The position numbers and the translations under genes were made by a program. The notes below the pieces were generated by a model that worked only from the letters and a program-made list of their open reading frames with translations, was not told the origin of the DNA and made no database searches. From Macrostomum lignano (Eukaryota), in contig NIVC01001733.1 of the NCBI GenBank assembly GCA_002269645.1, positions 62,001 to 126,000 of the forward strand: 64,000 nucleotides of DNA. Direction: 5' to 3'. How positions within the stretch are numbered: the stretch's first letter is position 1; the number at the start of each line of letters is the position of its first letter. Of the stretch, positions 38,515-50,986 are shown piece after piece.

Positions 38515-39440
38515 CCCAAGTATGGCGCTCTCGACACTGATTTTGTTTCGCGCCAAATGCTCCAGTATGGCGCCCTCTGACACTGATTCTGCTTGGCGCC
38601 AAGTGCTCCACTATGGCACCCTCTGACACCGATTCTGCTTGGCGCCAATTGCTCCAGTATGGCGTGGCGCCCTCTGACACCGATTCTGCTTGGCGCCAAT
38701 TGCTCCAGTATGGCGTGGCGCCCTCTGACACTGATTCTGTTTCGCGCCAAGTGCTCCAGTATGACGCTCTCTGACACTGATTCTGCTTGGCGCCAAGTGC
38801 TCCAGTATGACGCCCTCTGATACTGATTCTGTTTCGCGCCAAGTGCTCCAGTATGACGCCCTCTGACACTGATTCTGTCTGGCGCCAATTGCTCCAGTAT
38901 GACGACGCCCTCTGACACTGATTCTGTTTCGCGCCAAGTGCTCCAGTATGACGCCCTCTGACACTGATTCTGTCTGGCGCCAATTGCTCCAGTATGACGA
39001 CGCCCTCTGACACTGATTCTGTTTGGCGCCAAGTGCTCCAGTATGACGCCCTCTGACACTGATTCTGTCTGGCGCTAATTGCTCCAGTATGACGACGCCC
39101 TCTGACACTGATTCTGTTTCGCGCCAAGTGCTCCAGTATGACGGCCTCTGACACTGATTCTGCTTGGCGCCAACTGCTCCACTATGGCACCCTCTGACAC
39201 TGATTCTGCTTGGCGCCAAGTGCTCCAGTATGACACCCTGACACTGATTCTGCTTGGCGCCAATTTCTCCAGTATGGCACCCTCTGATACCGATTCTGCT
39301 TGGCGCCGAGTGCTCCAGTATGGCACCCTGTGACACTGATTCTGCTTGGCGCCAAGTGCTCCAGTATGACACCCTCTGACACTGATTCTGCTTGGCGCCA
39401 AGTGTTCCACTATGGCACCCTCTGACACTGATTCTATTTT
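38515..39440. repeat. 46-49-bp minisatellite (CGCCCTCTGACACTGATTCTGTTTGGCGCCAAGTGCTCCAGTATGA), about 19 copies
   Basis: Direct reading; period 46 (38822 to 38868). Confidence 0.95.
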
Positions 39441-40964
39441 GCGCTCTATGGAGATTACTTTTAAGCAGATGCAGATAGAGTATACCTGATTACCAACAAT
39501 CAGAGCAAAAGCAGCACTGGCCAGACAGAAAAGTTGCTGCCAATTGGCCACAAACTGGCTAATGGCCAGGCGCAGCAGTACTAGAGTAGTTAGGTTGCCA
39601 GCTGTGGTCAGGCCATAGATAGTGACAGCAGAGCTGGTGCTGAGCTTCAGTTGGCATGGCTGGCATTTGTGCACTAGCAAGCACCAAGTTGTGCCAAACA
39701 GCATAGGAGAATACCATAGACTGCCAAGCACATTACTGGCTATAGCAATAGAACTAATCCAAGTATGGCCATTTGGTTAGGCTGTTATTAAATAGGGCCT
39801 AGTAATTTCATGAAAATATGAGTAAAGAAAATAATTTATTCATTGCTTTTTGTAGCCCATTTGATTTTACATATATTGAATTTAATTGAAGATATATTTG
39901 CCAATATAATAGAGCTTTTATCTATGGTAACAAGGCTAAAATAGCAACATTTGATTAAATTCATGTTTATAAGCCCAAATGGACTGCAAGAAGCTGTATT
40001 ATTCTTATATCATATCATTTTTTTAAATAATGCATAAATATTTTCTATAGGTCTATTTATTTTTTAAGTATAGATTTTTTCATCTGCTAGCCTAGTTAAC
40101 TTGCTAATATTAGACAAATTTCTATAAAAATAATTATTTGAATATGGTTTATTAATTATTTGTTTAGGCCTATCTATAAAATAATATTTAACTAAGCAAT
40201 GATTACCTATAAGACAAGACATGAATATTAGATCAATATATTATAGTTACAATTATAACTAAATGATGAATCATACTATAATATGATATAATATATAGTA
40301 TGATAAATTATCTAAACTAAAGAAGTTATTCTTGACATTTTATATTGATTTCTTGATTATAAAACCCCTTTGTTTATTAATGCAATAGTTTATTTACTTA
40401 TAGCCAACTTATTGACAAAAAAGAATACAAATACTAGGCTTATATATAAGCTAGGGCAGGCCTATTAGCATATTTATAATGATTTAATATTTTGATAGAT
40501 GGCCTGGTCTTTAAATGTAACCATAACTGAACAATGCCAATGGAATAATTTATCAAGTGGATTTGAATTATTTGCACATTTTAAAATTTAGGTTTATCAA
40601 TGGATTAAACTGAAATAGGCCTAATGGCTAATATAATATTATCAAAGAGTACTATATAATATGCCTTCGCAATGTATAATAATATTAGGCCTAGCCTAAC
40701 AAAACAATGCATTCGCATTTTTAAATATCAAGACGCTATGTCATTTTGCACTTATTTGAGGTGGGGCCGGGGGCTAGCTTCGCCTCGTCGCATGAAATGA
40801 TATTTTTGAAATTGATATTCTACTCACTTTTTAACAAAAAATAAACGATAAAAGCTTTTTATCGTTTATTTTTAATCCCCCTTTTATCCCCCACCCGCCC
40901 CCATCCCATTGCTTGCATCCCCTTATCCCTGCCCGCCAACCCGACCCGCCTCCCCCGCCGCATC

Positions 40965-42890
40965 GGGTGCTGTCTTCTGACATGAACCTGGCTTCTTGGA
41001 ATCTTCTGCTAAACGACCCAGACGGGCCAGATCAACAAGCTGCTACATCCGTTTCTTCGCCCGCTTTTTGACCTCATCAGCGACGGTCGAGATCTCCGGC
41101 TGCCTCAAGAAGCACGCGATCTGCTGCAATGGTGGCTGCAGGCAGTGGATTCGCTGCCACCTACGCCGCTGCACCAGCGCTTTCACCAATTGGTAGCCAT
41201 CGAGTCCGACAGCAGCTCCGAGGGCGCCGCTGGCATCGTAAGCGGCACCCGCTTTAACGACTGGGTGTATTTCAGCTGGGAGCACGACTTCGAGTCAGAG
41301 TTCAAAGACCTCCACATCAACTACAAGGAGGCCCTGGCTCCGCTCCTCGCCATCCTGCGCTTCCACGAGCATCTCAGCAACAGCCGGGTGGTTGTCTAAT
41401 CCGACAGCACGGCTGCAGTCGTGCATGATCAACAAGCTGTCCTGCAGGCATCCATCGCTTATTCGAATCTACCAGACGGTGGTCCTCCTGTGCCTCGAGT
41501 CTGGGATCCAGCTGCAGGCGTTTCACTTTCCCGGTCACATGCAGCTCACTAGCGACTCGGCCTGTCGGATGCTGAGCTCAAAGCATGAGCTCTTGAACTT
41601 TTTCTGTCGCCACTATGGCTCTTTGTGTGTCTGTCCTACTGAATTTGTCTCGCACACCATCTCTGCACGTGTCCCGCACCAACTCTTCTTTCACAGGTCG
41701 CAGCCGCGCTCCAAACCGCCCCGCCGTGTCCGTGCCCATCCTGTGCCGCCTGTCGCTCGCACCCAGCACTCGGAAGTCGTATGCCAGCCACCTGCGGCTC
41801 TGGAGGGAGTTCTTTCGACAGCAGCGGGTTTTCCCTAAGGCCGCATCGAAGTCAGACATCTACAACTTCACCTCCTTCCTCTTGGAGTGAGGCTGCGCCT
41901 CCTACTCAAGCGTGCAAATCAGCCTCAGGGCAGTGTGCTTCATCCACAGGGCGACGGCAGCACCAGACCCCACCAAGGACAACGCCCGACTGGCTCTCGT
42001 CTGCTGCGGAGCCCGACGCCTACTAAGCAGGCAGCCACGCAGGGCAGAGCCACTGCAGCCGCATCATCTCCGCCTGCTCTGCAACAGCCCTCTGCTTCAG
42101 CAATTGCTGCCCCGGCGCCTCTTCGTGGCCTTCAAGGCTGCGCTGCTGGTTGCCTGGTGGGGCGTCCTTCGTCTGGGCGAGCTTCTTCCGTCTACCGCTG
42201 GCGCTGCTTTGCGCCGCGGCGCGCTGTGGACTTGCCCCGGCGGCCTCCGCCTGACCATCGGCAAGTCTAAGACCAATCAGTTCAAGGAGCGTCAGCTGCT
42301 AGTGTTCCTTCCGCAATGCACCGACTGCCCACCGATCTGCCCGGTCTCTGCCCTCGCCACTCATCTGCGTGAGAACCAAGTTGTCGAGCCGCACCAGCCT
42401 CTCTTTGCTGTCCTGGGCGCCCGCAGAATCCCGTTGGCTGCCTCGACCTTCATCCGCCTGATCAAGCGGGGCCTGTCGATATGCGGCATCCCTGGGGAAA
42501 ACTTCTCTGGCCACAGTCTGCGCAGGGTCGGAGCCAGCGCCGCCTTCGGGGGTGGCCTCTCCGTGGCCGACATCCGCTGCCTTGGTGACTGGCGCTCCGA
42601 CTCCGTCTTCCGCTATTTCTCGGACGATGCAGTTTTTGCCCGCAGGCGCTCTGCCGTCCAGCGGATTGCTGCTTCTTTTAATTATCACTAACTCCTTCCC
42701 CCGCTTCTTCTTTTTTTCGGGGTTGGGGTCGCCTTTCCGACCTCGTCGCTGCTTTGTGCTCGCTGCCAACCCGCCGCCTTTGCCTTCCTTTCGCTGCTTG
42801 TGGGGTTGCGGGTTAACGGGGATTCAATTAATTGAAGAGAATAAATTAAAGGTGGTTGTTCTTTTTCATTTCGTCTTTGTCCAGTAGTTT
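40965..42890 (+). mobile_element. 5'-truncated tyrosine-recombinase retrotransposon (DIRS/Ngaro-type): RT end, RNase H, integrase N-terminus and YR
   Basis: LPQEARDLLQWW; IESDSSSEGAAG..HINYKEALA..V*SDSTAAV (RNase H, interrupted); LSLAPSTRKSYASHLRLWREF; YR ORF 41912-42691 with LRLGELL, KSKTNQ, CPV, GHSLRRVGAS, LGDWRSDSVFRY. Confidence 0.9.
41912..42691 (+). CDS. Tyrosine recombinase catalytic domain of the YR retroelement
   Basis: R..K..HxxR..W..Y catalytic residues present in one open frame. Confidence 0.88.
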   Translation: MQISLRAVCFIHRATAAPDPTKDNARLALVCCGARRLLSRQPRRAEPLQPHHLRLLCNSPLLQQLLPRRLFVAFKAALLVAWWGVLRLGELLPSTAGAALRRGALWTCPGGLRLTIGKSKTNQFKERQLLVFLPQCTDCPPICPVSALATHLRENQVVEPHQPLFAVLGARRIPLAASTFIRLIKRGLSICGIPGENFSGHSLRRVGASAAFGGGLSVADIRCLGDWRSDSVFRYFSDDAVFARRRSAVQRIAASFNYH

Positions 42891-44621
42891 TTCGTGTGGA
42901 TAAGTTTAGGCTTGAGCATGTAAAGGGCCGGGGGTGTTTTTGAATTTATGGACAATTTTGTACAGCATTTTAGAATTCGGTAATATGTGGTAAGTACATG
43001 TAGGTGCGCGCGAGTTTAAGTTGCCTAACAGTAGAACTACCAATGGGGGATCTCTGCCCCCTGACAACTATTTTTGCTGCGCCGGAAAAAAGCAACACAG
43101 GCCCACGAAGAACATGGGAAATGTTTTTAAATAATTAAACAAGAATCAAGTCACCGGCCTTCCAGACCGTCGAGATGTTCAACGATTCTGTCAGAAGGTC
43201 GGATTCTTCCCAGTTTTTGCCAAAGCCTCCAAATTTCATCAGCTCTTCGACTTCTCTTGACTTCTCTTAGTCAGTGGCCTTCACCCAGGCGGAACGTCTG
43301 GACCTTCAACAGATGGCACAAGGTGACTGTGGACACCACACCCTGTTGCGAATCAAGCCTCGTCAGTGGGCGCGGCAAATCACAACCGCTGGACATCCTC
43401 AGCTATAGTCTCTCAAGCATTCTGTCATCACCCCGACGCCGTCCAGCACCTTAATTTAACAGATGGCACCAGGTGACTATGGCTACCTGAGCGAGATTTT
43501 TCAACTTGACGGAATGAGAAATGGAGAACACGGGCGTGGGTTCAAAAATTCGACGCGGCTGGGACGCGGCTATGGCTACATACTCGTAGAAGTGCCACGA
43601 ACTTAAGATTTAAGACTCTAAATTCAGACTCTATTAGCAATCAGCGCCCTCCGTTAGGGAGCCAAACAAAAAATTGAACACAAATTTTTAAATAAACTAC
43701 ATTTAGAATCTTACCTCAGCCTTAACATCTCTCAGCAATTTCCAACATACGCCTTATCATCTCAGCAATCCCATCTCATCTCATTAATGATTTTTAATTG
43801 GGATTATTGGGCTTAATTTCTATATTTCTATTGATTGTCTAATTTGAGTAAACGTGGTAAACGTGAAGTCTGCAGATTTCTTCAGCTTGTGTAGATTAGA
43901 GAGGCTTTGCAATTAGGGTAGGGTAGAGATGCTGGGACTTTATTTTATTAATCTATATGGACCATTTTAGTGCACAAATCCGAAACTAATGTGACCGAGG
44001 CTTACGCACTTGACTCACAGATTTATTTCAATAATACAGCAGCTGAAAGATAGCACAAACTAAATTATTTGTGCTTTAAATTATACTTTATGGATACACG
44101 TTGCCCATTTGACAAATCTACCCGACTCAATGCACCCAAAAGCAATATAATACTGAGGTTAGAAGCCAATGCGAGCGCAAGACCTTCCATCTGCTAAACG
44201 AGCAAACGAGGCGGCGTGATAAAAACTTACTCGTTAAATATCGCGAGAAGCAACTGAAATATATTCGTTCTATTATTAACTTATTAAGCGTAAAATGTAT
44301 ACATTCATATACTAAAATACAGAGGTAACTCAGAGTAGAAATACTGGAACTAATTATCCCAACAAGACCCAGTTGGGACAGTGATCAGGCAGCGCACATT
44401 CACATTGCGTGCATGTACACTGATGTACATGCAGTTCTTTAGCTTTGAGAAAAGTCTAGCTCAATCTTCTTGCCTTTAATCCTGCAAACAACAACTTGAG
44501 ACTCGGTACTCAATAGCTACATGTACAATCGAAAGGTACATGGAGTACCTGTAGCTACATGTACTTTTCTTTTTATCGGCTCTTTCAAAGCCATTTCCGA
44601 TCAGTTGGAGCAGCGAATTGC

Positions 44622-46650
44622 TCACTGGCCAACAAATGTGGCCCTACAGGGCGCTACCGACGGGCCCAGCGGATGAGTTACACCGTTGTAGAACTCGAAC
44701 GGACTGAATGCACCCCGGTCCAGCTCCGGGTTCTTTGCGTCCAGCTGGCGCTGCTGCAGACAATGCTCGAGAATGTCAGCCCGCCGGGTTCGGTTGAGCT
44801 GGGCGTCGGCCGGGCACAGCGGGTTGCGCAGGTTGACGAACTGCCAGTTGTCGCGGGCAACAGCGTTTGTGCTGTGGTACGGGTGTCGATAGTGGTCCAC
44901 GATCGGCCAGCAGAACGCTCGCCTGCGTTCGAGCAGCGTGCGACCTCCCCACCGTGCCTGCGCGATTCGGGAATTTCTTTAACTGACCGGCATGCATAAA
45001 CGAATGCAATTTTGATCATGCGATGGGGTTTGAGGGTGCAATGGAGATGGGGACCACTGCTCTTGGCGTTTGAGATTAGAACTGCAATGGGGAGCCATAC
45101 AGGAGAGGTCGAGGAAGTCAGCTGCTCCTAGCGAAAAAGGCTTGCGTTCCTAAAAAACCTCACCTTCTGCGCTAAATCAACGCTAAAATATTACGCTCAG
45201 CGGGACTCTTTGCCCTCCTGGCAAAAAATTGTTCCTATGTGTCCGCTGAGAGAGCAGCCATTTTCAATTCAACCTGATTTTTTATTCGAAAATGAGATGG
45301 TCTCAAGTTTAATCAAATACGACCCAGATGCAAAGTGATTAAATTTTATACGAGGCTGGCTGAGTAAAGGCAGATCAATTGGCTAGCTCATTCAGATGTA
45401 ACATTTACTCGAGACATGTACTTCTGCACCTAGCAGTTATCTGTCTGAAGTCCTACAGAAAGACATTATCTGAACGAATCATTACACTAATAGACTGTAG
45501 TGGGGTAGTATAGTACTGTAGCAAAATTAATAATTCGGCCACCTCATGAACGAATCTACCTCCATGTTTGAGTTGGACATAATGTCCTCGGAGCGAGGCG
45601 CATCTGATACGGAGGAGTTGCTTGACTGAATGCGACTGCAGGAAAGTCCGCTAGTCGCTTCCCACAGTCGGGCGGCGACCTCTTCTACTCTGACGCCGTG
45701 TCTCATCGCATCCCGTCGTTTGTCAGCTGCATCCAGCCGCTTCGATCGCGAGCGCTGACTGCAGTTGGTGGTACTTCCGACTATGCTCTGCTCTTTTAAG
45801 CTTCCTGTTCCTCGATTGTCATCGCGCGAATGTGGACTGGGGAAACAGGGGAAGCCGCTGAAACTGCTGGTACTCGTACTCGACCTGGAGGATGCCGTTG
45901 ATGTTCTTGAGGTTTGCGATTTCTCATGCTTCTTTTGCTAGGGTAGGGATGAAAAATAACAGTTCAAATCATTATACTCGAAGCAGAACAAAAATTGAAG
46001 CATTGGGTTCTTACTTTGGATGTCTTAACGCTGGAACAGGATGCAGAATAGTCCAGTTTGCTGTGCGCGTTGCTGCTTAAATTTGATTCCGCATCTTGCA
46101 CCGTCTCTGAGGCGGCTCGAACAACCGACGTAACAACCTCGTTAAGTAGCGTGTCACTTCTGATCTCAGTGATCAGGGGACTCAGCGATTTCTCGATAAT
46201 GGTTGAGGACTGTTGGCCCCTGACAGTGCTGCTCATGTCCCGGCGCATTAAGCAAGATGAAGATGCGGAGGATGATTCAAGCACCACGGCGGATAATGCG
46301 CGTCGGAGTTGTGATAAAACCATAGCTCTCATTATTGAGTGTACGGCGGCACTAACATCCGAAGACGGGTTCGATGCTGATGGTTTGTAAGCATTTGTAT
46401 GAAGCAGCTGGTTGGGATGCAGCACTGGGCAACTGTCTGTAGTGATTTCTTCGACATCGCGGTAAGTGTCCTCCTCCTGAAGCTCATTGAGTCGGGCTTG
46501 AATGAGAGGCAGAAGCTGCAGCAAGCCGCTGTCAGTTTCAAAAATATCGCTGTTGATGTCGAAGCCCAGGCGCTTGCACAGATCGTTTATTAGGGTGATT
46601 TGCTCGGCTCTGAAGCGGCGAGACATTTGTAAGCTTTTTTCACCGTTCAT
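44622..46650 (-). CDS. Unidentified multi-exon gene; candidate exons 46650-46015, 45937-about 45560, 44957-44622
   Basis: Donor AAA|gtaaga, a 77-nt intron, acceptor ccctag|CAA and an open Ser-rich second exon. The third segment (RAFCWPIVDHYRHPYHSTN..) has strong C/G third-position bias. Linkage of the third exon is uncertain. Confidence 0.5.
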
Positions 46651-47846
46651 ACGTGACGGAGTTTTTTAAACTTTCAAGCCTAAATCAGGAACAGTGAATT
46701 TTTCGATGCATGTTGTAAGCTCTAGGTTCAAATCTAATAGCTCTAGAAAAAGAACAGACTCAAAAAGTTTGACCATAGAATGGTTGCATCTTTGTGAGCT
46801 GCAGTCAATTTGTGGTTGAAGTCGACCAAAAACTTGATAACTACATGATGCGTTTTCATTATAAGCATTCGTGTTGCTTCTTTTCCATCCATGTGAAATT
46901 TAAGCAACCGTCGAGAATCTCCAAAACGGAGGCAGCGAGAGCTGACAAAAAAGGCAGCCATAAATGGAAAGACAATCGCCTATGAAAGCTATTGATGCAA
47001 GTGATTGCAAATAAACTTTGGCGCTTAGACAGGGAGCAGAATCAGTGAGAGAGGCGGGTGATGTTCAGCCTAGTGACAGGCCCTGCGTGATTCCCACTGA
47101 GCACTACACTGAATTCATGCCATCCGGGCAAGCGGAATTGGGACTGACGCGTCTATTTCAGTCGGCGCCCCAACCCAACAGATCAAGCTGCTGGCCTTGC
47201 GAAAGATGTCTGACGAACTCCTTTTGACATTCTTCTTTTATTCAACAGCCTTTGTCATCTGCATACAAGTAGCGTAGGCAGGCAGACCGGCCGGAGCCCG
47301 AGCTCAGGCAGCAATTTTTTTAGTAATGAAAGTTGACGCCGTCGGGAAGTCCGCATCCGCATTAACCAGCGCAGGCTTCGGGCTTGAGCTTGAGCTCCCT
47401 TGCAGTTAACTATTTTTTCTATTCAACCAGCGCAGTTCCCCACTTCTGCTTGCCAGTTCAATGAGCATCAAGAATGACAGCAGGAACTCACCTGCCTTAT
47501 CCAGCTGCACTTATCCAAAAATCTGACTGTTTTGTTGACATTATTCACAAACTCTTTGAGCTGTCTGTTTCGCCGGCGTTTCACAAGCTATAGCCACTGT
47601 AGATTTTTCAAAACAATGGCCCTTCAATCTGCCAAAACACTTCCTGCTTGCTACAAGCGCCCTGTTTTAAGCCAATCCGAGAAGCACTTCGATTTGGCGC
47701 GCGTGTATAAGAAGAGGCGAATCTTTCTCTTCCTTCTGCCGCCTAATCTTGTTTTAGTTAGGACGGTGGAACAAAGTTACAGCAGGCCTAGCATCAAAAA
47801 GACGTAGTCTGGTTTCCAGCAAAGCCCTACAGGCATTGAACTGAAT

Positions 47847-48639
47847 ATGCAATACATTTGGCGGCTGGTGTGTCTGGCTGTAATATTCGCTGTGGTCGTA
47901 TCTGCCCAGACAAACGGTAAGTTGCTGAGACTTGCACATCAAGAATAATCTTGAGCACTCGAAATAAGCCGACTCAGCATTGGTTGTTGCAGAACTAAAC
48001 GAAGCTGAACAGGACGATGAAGTCGCGCATCTTGCTCGCGAACTCTCGAACGAACAGCCTCAGCACGAGGGTTTAAAAAAGCGAGACGGACAGCGCTGGT
48101 CGAGTGGCTTCGGTAAGCGAGCTGGTCAGCGCTGGTCGAGCGGCTTCGGTAAGCGACCGGATCAACGTTGGTCGAGCGGCTTCGGTAAGCGAGCTGGTCA
48201 GCGCTGGTCCAGCGGCTTCGGTAAGCGAGCTGGTCAACGTTGGTCCAGCGGCTTCGGTAAGCGAGCTGGTCAGCGCTGGTCGAACGGCTTCGGTAAGCGA
48301 GCTGGTCAACGTTGGTCCAGCGGCTTCGGTAAGCGACCGGATCAACGTTGGTCCAGCGGCTTCGGTAAGCGAGCTGGTCAGCGCTGGTCGAGCGGTTTCG
48401 GTAAGCGAGCTGGTCAACGTTGGTCCAGCGGCTTCGGTAAGCGAGCTGGTCAGCGCTGGTCGAACGGCTTCGGTAAACGAGCTGGTCAGCGCTGGTCGAG
48501 CGGTTTCGGTAAGCGAGCTGGTCAACGTTGGTCCAGCGGCTTCGGTAAGCGAGCTGGTCAGCGCTGGTCGAACGGCTTCGGTAAACGAGCTGGTCAGCGC
48601 TGGTCCAGCGGTTTCGGCAAAAGGGCTGGAGACGAGTAG
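47847..48639 (+). CDS. Neuropeptide precursor (238 aa) with signal peptide and 15 amidated 9-mers xxQRWS(S/N)GF-amide; exons 47847-47916 and 47993-48639
   Basis: Exon 1 encodes the hydrophobic signal MQYIWRLVCLAVIFAVVVSA; phase-1 76-nt GT-AG intron; acidic spacer; KKR then 15 x (peptide + GKR): AGQRWSSGF x9, AGQRWSNGF x3, PDQRWSSGF x2, DGQRWSSGF x1. Synonymous variation between repeats supports coding function. Confidence 0.96.
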
Positions 48640-50986
48640 GCATGAAAATCAAGCTGCTAAGTTGGTTATTCTAACGGATGATCAAAGCTCTGCTTGTTTT
48701 AAACTTTGTGTCAGTAAGTGACTCCGCGACAGAATGCTGGCAAGCAAGTGAAAAGAATGCGTCAATGTAATTTCTGCGGTTTCCCAAGAACTAAAAATAA
48801 AACCTTAACGCCCACTCTCCAAGCAAGAGTGTTTTGCTTTTGCGTTCGTCCATGGCACCCTTTTGAATGTTTTACTTTCGACAAAAATGAAGAATGTCAT
48901 CGGCACAGCAAGTGCTCAATGCACCGAACAGTGTAGGAATAGTTAGAGCAATTGATTAAAATCACGATAGAATTCAAAGATTCACTTCACAAAAGCCTTA
49001 ATAAGATCCGGGACGAGGCCAAAAAAGCCTGTGCAGCCAGAAATGCAAAAAAATAATGGCTATCCATGCATAAGCCAGCTTGCCTTTTGGCAGAGATCTA
49101 TGCATCTTGTCATATTCAGTGCGCTCATATCTTTCATAGTTCAGGATAATCAGTCACTAAGAAATCCCGATGTAGCACTTGCAATTAATTCTAAGAAACT
49201 GGGGTTGCAAGTACGGGAGCATCTCGTGTAAGAGTAAAGAAAATTCGCTTGAGACGTATGGTAACTATCACTGAATGCGTGCCGTTGAGCATATATTTGC
49301 TCATGGCGAGCTCGTGCTTTGAAGGGGCCAATTGAATTTCACAATAAATTCAACTCGTAAGCTTAAAATTAACGTACTACTGACGCGTTCAGATGCTGGT
49401 AGTTGAGAAAGTCGTCAGAAACTGGTCATCAGCATGTTACTTGACTCAGTTGACTATTTCTGTAGGTAATAACCCTTTCTGCAGTGCTCTCACTGATCTG
49501 TGTAATGGCTATAGTAAGAAGGCCGGAGTTTGCTGAGACGAAAGGTGGAGCCCTGCTAGGTGGGCTGATCGATGCTTATTTATTTTCAGACTATGGAATA
49601 AAATCACGCCACCAGAGTGGGGGTGAAGAATCGCCGCACTTGAAGTGCATGAATTGTACGCAAGGCCGATGTACATATAAATTGGGCTCGCGTGAGCACT
49701 ACAATCTGCTGACCCGGGGCCGCAGGATGACGAAGTGCGCACGATAGTAAAAAAGAGAGAAGGTTGGACACGCGGCCTAACCTGCAGATTTCATGTAGAA
49801 ATTTACACAAGTGTGCATCAAAGATCTAAGAAAAATGCGTAATAACAAGAGGCATTGCATTGTAGAAGCGAAAAAATAGTTTGTTACTTGTTTCTGCTTT
49901 ACCACCTCAAACAGTCTACTTGATCAGTACTGTGTACGACATCTTTCATCTAAAAAGTAATATGACGCTCAAAATATGTTTTTTTCAGCTGCCAGGCTGA
50001 CTGAGACTAGAACTAATTATTCCATCTCTGCATGGAAATGAATCAGTCAAGCGGCTGGTTTGCAACAATAAAAGCTGATAGTCAATGCCATCAATGGGAA
50101 TTCTATTCAAGTAATCTTCCGCATCCGTGAAAATCCCGATTTCTATGCAGCATCAAGGCAGTTGTCATGCGGAGAATTTTCGTACCATAAAATTCACTAA
50201 TTGCTAGAGCTAACCATGATCAGTTATACTTGGCCTCGGCAGGGATGCAGCCATCCCTGATTGAATGTAGCAATTTGAATATTGCTTGCGAGAGTTTAGA
50301 AAAGCTTTCTCCGTAGATTAAACGAAGGCAAAAAGCAGCAAGTCAGTGATTTTTTTCTTTTTCTTTGAGTTGTACTCAACTGCAAGCTACTCAAGCCGGT
50401 GTTTCTGGCAAAAGCCAAGAATGTTGCGATTGCGAGTTTTTTGTATTTTTACTGTTTTCTTTCAATTCTAGTTGAACTACCTACACCAGGGCCCCTGACT
50501 ACAGAACATTGTGCAGAGATGCAGATTTCAGGAATGGGTTGAATAAAAATTTAAATAGCGTTGTTGGGGATCAAAACGAGTTAAAAAGCTGAAGAAAATG
50601 TTTTTTTCTGAAAACATGACAAGGCAAGCAAAGCAAAATTCTATTTTAGAATCGCAAGCGAGATCAGGCTTGAAGACACAGCTACACTGGTCTGTAAGCA
50701 GGGAGCAGGCGGCCTAGACTCTAACAAGCAAAGGGAAATGGAAATAAATCAACACGAGCTCGAATTCCAATGGCAGCAAAAATGATTGCAAGCGACATCA
50801 GCGTCAGAATTCTAGGGACGGGGGGACAAGTGAGTTACACCGAAGCAGACTAAAGCAGATTCCTCTCAGTTGGTCAGTCAAGCGTGGCTCGGCAGGCTCG
50901 CATTGTGCGGCTTCCTCCATCGTCCAGAGTGGCTTCCGCAGCCTTTCTTCATCATATGTCTGGCCTTTTTTAATGCGAAGCTGAGC

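Noticed and set aside
43130-43500. Coding-like minus-strand remnant (EELMKFGGFGKNWEE..)
   Set aside because: Short and interrupted by stops; cannot be assigned to a family by eye.
47939-48721. Antisense ORFs over the neuropeptide gene
   Set aside because: Shadow frames of the 36-bp coding repeat.
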